Of a stretch of DNA of 64,000 nt, positions 55,601 to 64,000 are shown in pieces; position 1 is the first letter of the stretch, and every line of letters begins with the position of its first letter. Position numbers and translations under genes: made by a program. This stretch comes from Laetmonice hystrix. Its lineage: Eukaryota. The notes below the pieces were generated by a model, which saw nothing but the letters and a program-made list of their open reading frames with translations, made no database searches and was not told the origin of the DNA. The stretch lies in NCBI GenBank assembly GCA_965235115.1, contig OZ249436.1, positions 24,306,001 through 24,370,000 of the forward strand. Reading direction: 5' to 3'.

Positions 55601-58600
55601 TCCGCTTAGTAGCACCCAGCCGGGCCCCCATTTTGACATTGCAACACCAATACAGCAAGTGCCCAGCTAACAGCACAAATAACAGGATTCAGGGCTTCCT
55701 ACCACGTTACAAGTCACAATAGATTGCTGCCTGTCGTAAAAATATACCAGACCATTTTAAAAAGTCACAGAACCCCAATCCGGCCCTAATATGTCACTCC
55801 CAGTACCAATACACGCTGGAAGCACCATCAACTGAAATTCAGGCCTAGAACCCACCTCTCTCTACCAATATCATGCACCTAGTCCGTATACGAGGTTGTA
55901 ATTTACTTTAATCAACGGGCTGCGCCGCAGCAACCCACTCTGGTCTTTGCAATCTTTTTCAATATGCGTTAACATTTGTGACCAGCTCAACGCGCCTTGT
56001 AAAATTTTTCGAAGTGCGTAAAAGTGTGTGTCCACCCCGACACGCTTTCCAAACCACTATACCCACCGAGCGACATCCACTCAAATACAGGCTTCGACCG
56101 ATCCTCACTGTGCCAATAATCCGCCACAAGGCAAATTCAGTCAATGCAAGCTGGAAAATCGAATGTCAAACCTAATGCTCCCCCCCCAGCACGTTAACTG
56201 AAAAAAATCAACTAGCTTGAAAACTAGAATATAGCTTTGTTTAGCTAACAATCTACTCTCCCAGCGCCATCAACTCGCATACAGGCGTAAAAGCAAACGC
56301 ACTGCCCCATATAATGCTCCCAGCCTAAGACGATGTTGCAATTAATTTAAGATTAACAAGATGCACTAGTAATCCGATCCAAGCCTAATTACGTCATTGC
56401 TAGTTTCATAACCAAATCTCACAGAAAATACCCCACCCGCGCACATAACCTGAAAATATTCAACTTTTATCTCCAATGTATCCCTGTGCACCTAGTAGCA
56501 CCCAAGCGGGCCCAATTTTGACATCCCAACACAAATACCGCAAATACCCGCCTAATGGCACAAAAAACTTTCTACCCCGTTGCAAGTCACATTAGCGTGC
56601 TGCTTGTCGTAAAAAATGGTGCAGACCATTTCTAAAGTCACAGTACCCCACTCCCGGCCTAATATTACGTTTCAGTATCCATATACGCTGCAAGCGGCAG
56701 GAACTCGAATACAGGCCTAAAAGTAACCTCAGTCTAGCAATATCATACTCCCATGCCATATACGAGCTTGTAATTATCTTTAATTAATGGGCTCCGCAGC
56801 ACCAACCCACTGCATTAACATTTGTTTAACAGCTTAACACACCTTGTAAAATTTTTTCAAGTGCGTAAAAATGCGTGTCCACCTCCACATACTTTAAAAA
56901 TCACTATACCCACCCAGCGACATCCACTCTAATACACGCCTAAAAGGAACTTCACTGTCCCATTTGATTCTCCAGCACGTATAGGATGTTTCAAGTAACA
57001 TTCATCCACGGTCTGGCCCAATAACGTGCAACAAGGCATAGTAAGTCAATGCGAGCTCGCATGTCAAACCTAACCCGCCCCCAAGCACATGAGCTGAAAA
57101 TATTCAAATAGCTTGAAAACTAGAATATAGCTTTGCTTAATACCATTATACCATCAACTCGCATTACAGGCCTAATGCGAAGCTCCCAGCCTAAAACGAG
57201 TTTCCAATTAATTTAAAGTTAACAAGATGCACTAATAATCGATTCCAAGCCTAATTAGGCCATTGCTAGTTGGATAACCAAATCTCATACAAAATACACC
57301 CTCCCGGCAGATGACCTGAGAATATTCAACTCTTATGTCCGATATATCCCTGTCCGCTTAGTAGCACCCAGCCGGGCCCCCATTTTGACATTGCAACACC
57401 AATACAGCAAGTGCCCAGCTAACAGCACAAATAACAGGATTCAGGGCTTCCTACCACGTTACAAGTCACAATAGATTGCTGCCTGTCGTAAAAATATACC
57501 AGACCATTTTAAAAAGTCACAGAACCCCAATCCGGCCCTAATATGTCACTCCCAGTACCAATAGACGCTGGAAGCACCATCAACTGAAATTCAGGCCTAG
57601 AACCCACCTCTCTCTACCAATATCATGCACCTAGTCCGTATACGAGGTTGTAATTTCCTTTAATCAACGGGCTGCGCCGCAGCAACACACTCTGGTCTTT
57701 GCAATCTTTTTCAATATGCGTTAACATTTGTGACCAGCTCAACGCGCCTTGTAAAATTTTTCAAAGTGCGTAAAAGTGTGTGTCCACCCCGACACGCTTT
57801 CCAAACCACTATACCCACCGAGCGACATCCACTCAAATACAGGCTTCGACCGATCCTCACTGTGCCAATAATCCGCCACAAGGCAAATTCAGTCAATGCA
57901 AGCTGGAAAATCGAATGTCAAACCTAATGCTCCCCCCCCCAGCACGTTAACTGAAAATAATCAACTAGCTTGAAAACTAGAATATAGCTTTGTTAAGCTA
58001 ACAATCTACTCTCCCAGCGCCATCAACTCGCATACAGGCGTAAAAGCAAACGCACTGCCCCATATAATGCTCCCAGCCTAAAACGATGTTGCAATTAATT
58101 TAAAATTAACAAGATGCACTAGTAATCCGATCCAAGCCTAATTACGTCATTGCTAGTTTCATAACCAAATCTCACAGAAAATACCCCACCCGCGCACATA
58201 ACCTGAAAATATTCAACTTTTATCTCCAATGTATCCCTGTGCACCTAGTAGCACCCAAGCGGGCCCAATTTTGACATTCCAACACAAATACCGCAAATAC
58301 CCGCCTAATGGCACAAAAAACTTTCTACCCCGTTGCAAGTCACATTAGCTTGCTGCTTGTCGTAAAAAATGGTGCAGACCATTTCTAAAGTCACAGTACC
58401 CCACTCCCGGCCTAATATTACGTTTCAGTATCCATATACGCTGCAAGCGGCAGGAACTCGAATACAGGCCTAAAAGTAACCCCAGTCTAGCAATATCATA
58501 CTCTCATGCCATATACGAGCTTGTAATTATCTTTAATTAATGGGCTCCGCAGCACCAACCCACTGCATTAACATTTGTTTAACAGCTTGACGCACCTTGT

Positions 58601-61376
58601 AAAAAATTTTCAAGTGCGTAAAAATGCGTGTCCACCTCCACATACTTTAAAAATCACTATACCCACCCAGCGACATTCACTCTAATACACGCCTAAGAGG
58701 AACTTCACTGTCCCATTTGATTCTCCAGCACGTATAGGATGTTTCAAGTAACATTCATCCACGGTCTGGCCCAATAACGTGCAACAAGGCATAGTAAGTC
58801 AATGCGAGCTCGCATGTCAAACCTAACCCGCCCCCCAGCACATGAGCTGAAAATATTCAAATAGCTTGAAAACTAGAATATAGCTTTGCTTAATACCATT
58901 ATACCATCAACTCGCATTACAGGCCTAATGCGAAGCTCCCAGCCTAAAACGAGTTTCCAATTAATTTAAAGTTAACAAGATGCACTAATAATCGATTCCA
59001 AGCCTAATTAGGCCATTGCTAGTTGGATAACCAAATCTCATACAAAATACACCCTCCCGGCAGATGACCTGAGAATATTCAACTCTTATGTCCGATATAT
59101 CCCTGTCCGCTTTGTAGCACCCAGCCGGGCCCCCATTTTGACATTGCAACACCAATACAGCAAGTGCCCAGCTAACAGCACAAATAACAGGATTCAGGGC
59201 TTCCTACCACGTTACAAGTCACAATAGATTGCTGCCTGTCGTAAAAATATACCAGACCATTTTAAAAAGTCACAGAACCCCAATCCGGCCCTAATATGTC
59301 ACTCCCAGTACCAATAGACGCTGGAAGCACCATCAACTGAAATTCAGGCCTAGAACCCACCTCTCTCTACCAATATCATGCACCTAGTCCGTATACGAGG
59401 TTGTAATTTCCTTTAATCAACGGGCTGCGCCGCAGCAACACACTCTGGTCTTTGCAATCTTTTTCAATATGCGTTAACATTTGTGACCAGCTCAACGCGC
59501 CTTGTAAAATTTTTCAAAGTGCGTAAAAGTGTGTGTCCACCCCGACACGCTTTCCAAACCACTATACCCACCGAGCGACATCCACTCAAATACAGGCTTC
59601 GACCGATCCTCACTGTGCCAATAATCCGCCACAAGGCAAATTCAGTCAATGCAAGCTGGAAAATCGAATGTCAAACCTAATGCTCCCCCCCCAGCACGTT
59701 AACTGAAAATAATCAACTAGCTTGAAAACTAGAATATAGCTTTGTTAAGCTAACAATCTACTCTCCCAGCGCCATCAACTCGCATACAGGCGTAAAAGCA
59801 AACGCACTGCCCCATATAATGCTCCCAGCCTAAAACGATGTTGCAATTAATTTAAAATTAACAAGATGCACTAGTAATCCGATCCAAGCCTAATTACGTC
59901 ATTGCTAGTTTCATAACCAAATCTCACAGAAAATACCCCACCCGCGCACATAACCTGAAAATATTCAACTTTTATCTCCAATGTATCCCTGTGCACCTAG
60001 TAGCACCCAAGCGGGCCCAATTTTGACATTCCAACACAAATACCGCAAATACCCGCCTAATGGCACAAAAAACTTTCTACCCCGTTGCAAGTCACATTAG
60101 CTTGCTGCTTGTCGTAAAAAATGGTGCAGACCATTTCTAAAGTCACAGTACCCCACTCCCGGCCTAATATTACGTTTCAGTATCCATATACGCTGCAAGC
60201 GGCAGGAACTCGAATACAGGCCTAAAAGTAACCCCAGTCTAGCAATATCATACTCTCATGCCATATACGAGCTTGTAATTATCTTTAATTAATGGGCTCC
60301 GCAGCACCAACCCACTGCATTAACATTTGTTTAACAGCTTGACGCACCTTGTAAAAAATTTTCAAGTGCGTAAAAATGCGTGTCCACCTCCACATACTTT
60401 AAAAATCACTATACCCACCCAGCGACATTCACTCTAATACACGCCTAAGAGGAACTTCACTGTCCCATTTGATTCTCCAGCACGTATAGGATGTTTCAAG
60501 TAACATTCATCCACGGTCTGGCCCAATAACGTGCAACAAGGCATAGTAAGTCAATGCGAGCTCGCATGTCAAACCTAACCCGCCCCCCAGCACATGAGCT
60601 GAAAATATTCAAATAGCTTGAAAACTAGAATATAGCTTTGCTTAATACCATTATACCATCAACTCGCATTACAGGCCTAATGCGAAGCTCCCAGCCTAAA
60701 ACGAGTTTCCAATTAATTTAAAGTTAACAAGATGCACTAATAATCGATTCCAAGCCTAATTAGGCCATTGCTAGTTGGATAACCAAATCTCATACAAAAT
60801 ACACCCTCCCGGCAGATGACCTGAGAATATTCAACTCTTATGTCCGATATATCCCTGTCCGCTTTGTAGCACCCAGCCGGGCCCCCATTTTGACATTGCA
60901 ACACCAATACAGCAAGTGCCCAGCTAACAGCACAAATAACAGGATTCAGGGCTTCCTACCACGTTACAAGTCACAATAGATTGCTGCCTGTCGTAAAAAT
61001 ATACCAGACCATTTTAAAAAGTCACAGAACCCCAATCCGGCCCTAATATGTCACTCCCAGTACCAATACACTCTGGAAGCACCATCAACTGAAATTCAGG
61101 CCTAGAACCCACCTCTCTCTACCAATATCATGCACCTAGTCCGTATACGAGGTTGTAATTTACTTTAATCAACGGGCTGCGCCGCAGCAACCCACTCTGG
61201 TCTTTGCAATCTTTTTCAATATGCGTTAACATTTGTAACCAGCTCAACGCGCCTTGTAAAATTTTTCAAAGTGCGTAAAAGTGTGTGTCCACCCCGACAC
61301 GCTTTCCAAACCACTATACCCACCGAGCGACATCCACTCAAATACAGGCTTCGACCGATCCTCACTGTGCCAATAA

Positions 61377-63079
61377 TCCGCCACAAGGCAAATTCAGTCA
61401 ATGCAAGCTGGAAAATCGAATGTCAAACCTAATACTCCCCCCCCCCAGCACGTTAACTGAAAATAATCAACTAGCTTGAAAACTAGAATATAGCTTTGTT
61501 TAGCTAACAATCTACTCTCCCAGCGCCATCAACTCGCATACAGGCGTAAAAGCAAACGCACTGCCCCATATAATGCTCCCAGCCTAAAACGATGTTGCAA
61601 TTAATTTAAAATTAACAAGATGCACTAGTAATCCGATCCCCCACCCGGGCACATAACCTGAAAATATTCAACTTTTATCTCCAATGTATCCCTGTGCACC
61701 TAGTAGCACCCAAGCGGGCCCAATTTTGACATCCCAACACAAATACCGCAAATACCCGCCTAATGGCACAAAAAACTTTCTACCCCGTTGCAAGTCACAT
61801 TAGCGTGCTGCTTGTCGTAAAAAATGGTGCAGACCATTTCTAAAGTCACAGTACCCCACTCCCGGCCTAATATTACGTTTCAGTATCCATATACGCTGCA
61901 AGCGGCAGGAACTCGAATACAGGCCTAAAAGTAACCTCAGTCTAGCAATATCATACTCCCATGCCATATACGAGCTTGTAATTATCTTTAATTAATGGGC
62001 TCCGCAGCACCAACCCACTGCATTAACATTTGTTTAACAGCTTAACACACCTTGTAAAATTTTTTCAAGTGCGTAAAAATGCGTGTCCACCTCCACATAC
62101 TTTAAAAATCACTATACCCACCCAGCGACATCCACTCTAATACACGCCTAAAAGGAACTTCACTGTCCCATTTGATTCTCCAGCACGTATAGGATGTTTC
62201 AAGTAACATTCATCCACGGTCTGGCCCAATAACGTGCAACAAGGCATAGTAAGTCAATGCGAGCTCGCATGTCAAACCTAACCCGCCCCCAAGCACATGA
62301 GCTGAAAATATTCAAATAGCTTGAAAACTAGAATATAGCTTTGCTTAATACCATTATACCATCAACTCGCATTACAGGCCTAATGCGAAGCTCCCAGCCT
62401 AAAACGAGTTTCCAATTAATTTAAAGTTAACAAGATGCACTAATAATCGATTCCAAGCCTAATTAGGCCATTGCTAGTTGGATAACCAAATCTCATACAA
62501 AATACACCCTCCCGGCAGATGACCTGAGAATATTCAACTCTTATGTCCGATATATCCCTGTCCGCTTAGTAGCACCCAGCCGGGCCCCCATTTTGACATT
62601 GCAACACCAATACAGCAAGTGCCCAGCTAACAGCACAAATAACAGGATTCAGGGCTTCCTACCACGTTACAAGTCACAATAGATTGCTGCCTGTCGTAAA
62701 AATATACCAGACCATTTTAAAAAGTCACAGAACCCCAATCCGGCCCTAATATGTCACTCCCAGTACCAATAGACGCTGGAAGCACCATCAACTGAAATTC
62801 AGGCCTAGAACCCACCTCTCTCTACCAATATCATGCACCTAGTCCGTATACGAGGTTGTAATTTCCTTTAATCAACGGGCTGCGCCGCAGCAACACACTC
62901 TGGTCTTTGCAATCTTTTTCAATATGCGTTAACATTTGTGACCAGCTCAACGCGCCTTGTAAAATTTTTCAAAGTGCGTAAAAGTGTGTGTCCACCCCGA
63001 CACGCTTTCCAAACCACTATACCCACCGAGCGACATCCACTCAAATACAGGCTTCGACCGATCCTCACTGTGCCAATAA
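61377..63079. repeat. Shortened monomer (unit 36, 1,703 bp) with a 51-bp internal deletion at ~61639
   Basis: Reads atccgatcccccacccgggc. Other E-type units read atccgatcc-aagcttaattacgtcattgctagtttcataaccaaatctcacagaaaata-ccccacccg. Confidence 0.97.
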
Positions 63080-64000
63080 TCCGCCACAAGGCAAATTCAG
63101 TCAATGCAAGCTGGAAAATCGAATGTCAAACCTAATGCTCCCCCCCCCAGCACGTTAACTGAAAATAATCAACTAGCTTGAAAACTAGAATATAGCTTTG
63201 TTAAGCTAACAATCTACTCTCCCAGCGCCATCAACTCGCATACAGGCGTAAAAGCAAACGCACTGCCCCATATAATGCTCCCAGCCTAAAACGATGTTGC
63301 AATTAATTTAAAATTAACAAGATGCACTAGTAATCCGATCCAAGCCTAATTACGTCATTGCTAGTTTCATAACCAAATCTCACAGAAAATACCCCACCCG
63401 CGCACATAACCTGAAAATATTCAACTTTTATCTCCAATGTATCCCTGTGCACCTAGTAGCACCCAAGCGGGCCCAATTTTGACATTCCAACACAAATACC
63501 GCAAATACCCGCCTAATGGCACAAAAAACTTTCTACCCCGTTGCAAGTCACATTAGCTTGCTGCTTGTCGTAAAAAATGGTGCAGACCATTTCTAAAGTC
63601 ACAGTACCCCACTCCCGGCCTAATATTACGTTTCAGTATCCATATACGCTGCAAGCGGCAGGAACTCGAATACAGGCCTAAAAGTAACCCCAGTCTAGCA
63701 ATATCATACTCTCATGCCATATACGAGCTTGTAATTATCTTTAATTAATGGGCTCCGCAGCACCAACCCACTGCATTAACATTTGTTTAACAGCTTAACG
63801 CACCTTGTAAAAAATTTTCAAGTGCGTAAAAATGCGTGTCCACCTCCACATACTTTAAACATCACTATACCCACCCAGCGACATTCACTCTAATACACGC
63901 CTAAGAGGAACTTCACTGTCCCATTTGATTCTCCAGCACGTATAGGATGTTTCAAGTAACATTCATCCACGGTCTGGCCCAATAACGTGCAACAAGGCAT

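Larger units (their letters stand above)
1..64000. repeat. Tandem satellite/macrosatellite array, ~1,754-bp monomer, ~36.5 copies, extending beyond both window edges
   Basis: The first bases (tccgccacaaggcaaattcagtcaatg) recur at 1755, 3509, 5262, 7014 ... 61377, 63080. The near-identical 61-aa minus-strand ORF recurs 36 times at spacings of 1751-1756 bp, with one spacing of 1703. No unique sequence is interspersed. Confidence 0.99.

Noticed and set aside
1..64000. Rolling-circle concatemer of a small plasmid or virus, or a sequencing artefact
   Set aside because: There is no Rep or capsid-sized ORF, and variants form linked, recurring haplotypes in ordered blocks rather than random errors on one template.

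Overview
The whole window is one uninterrupted, head-to-tail, non-coding tandem array of a ~1,754-bp monomer: 36 complete copies plus ~920 bp of a 37th, all in one orientation and differing only by scattered substitutions and 1-4 bp indels. It reads as a complex eukaryotic satellite/macrosatellite (centromeric or subtelomeric type). I cannot name the organism or family. I found no credible protein-coding gene, RNA gene, transposon or CRISPR array; the short ORFs just recur with the repeat. The structure is nested at four scales: (1) a degenerate ~190-250-bp ancestral unit, about four per half; (2) two diverged halves of ~896 and ~858 bp, about 80% identical in hand-aligned gap-free blocks; (3) the homogenised 1.75-kb monomer; (4) an incipient higher-order repeat of four monomer haplotypes (D-E-F-G, ~7.0 kb) found three times, exactly 12 monomers apart. 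Other notable signals are an excess of C<->G transversions between the halves, same-strand enrichment of the telomere-like hexamer GCCTAA, a 27-bp box identical in both halves, uneven polymorphism along the monomer, mosaic monomers, and one 51-bp deletion. All counts were made by hand.
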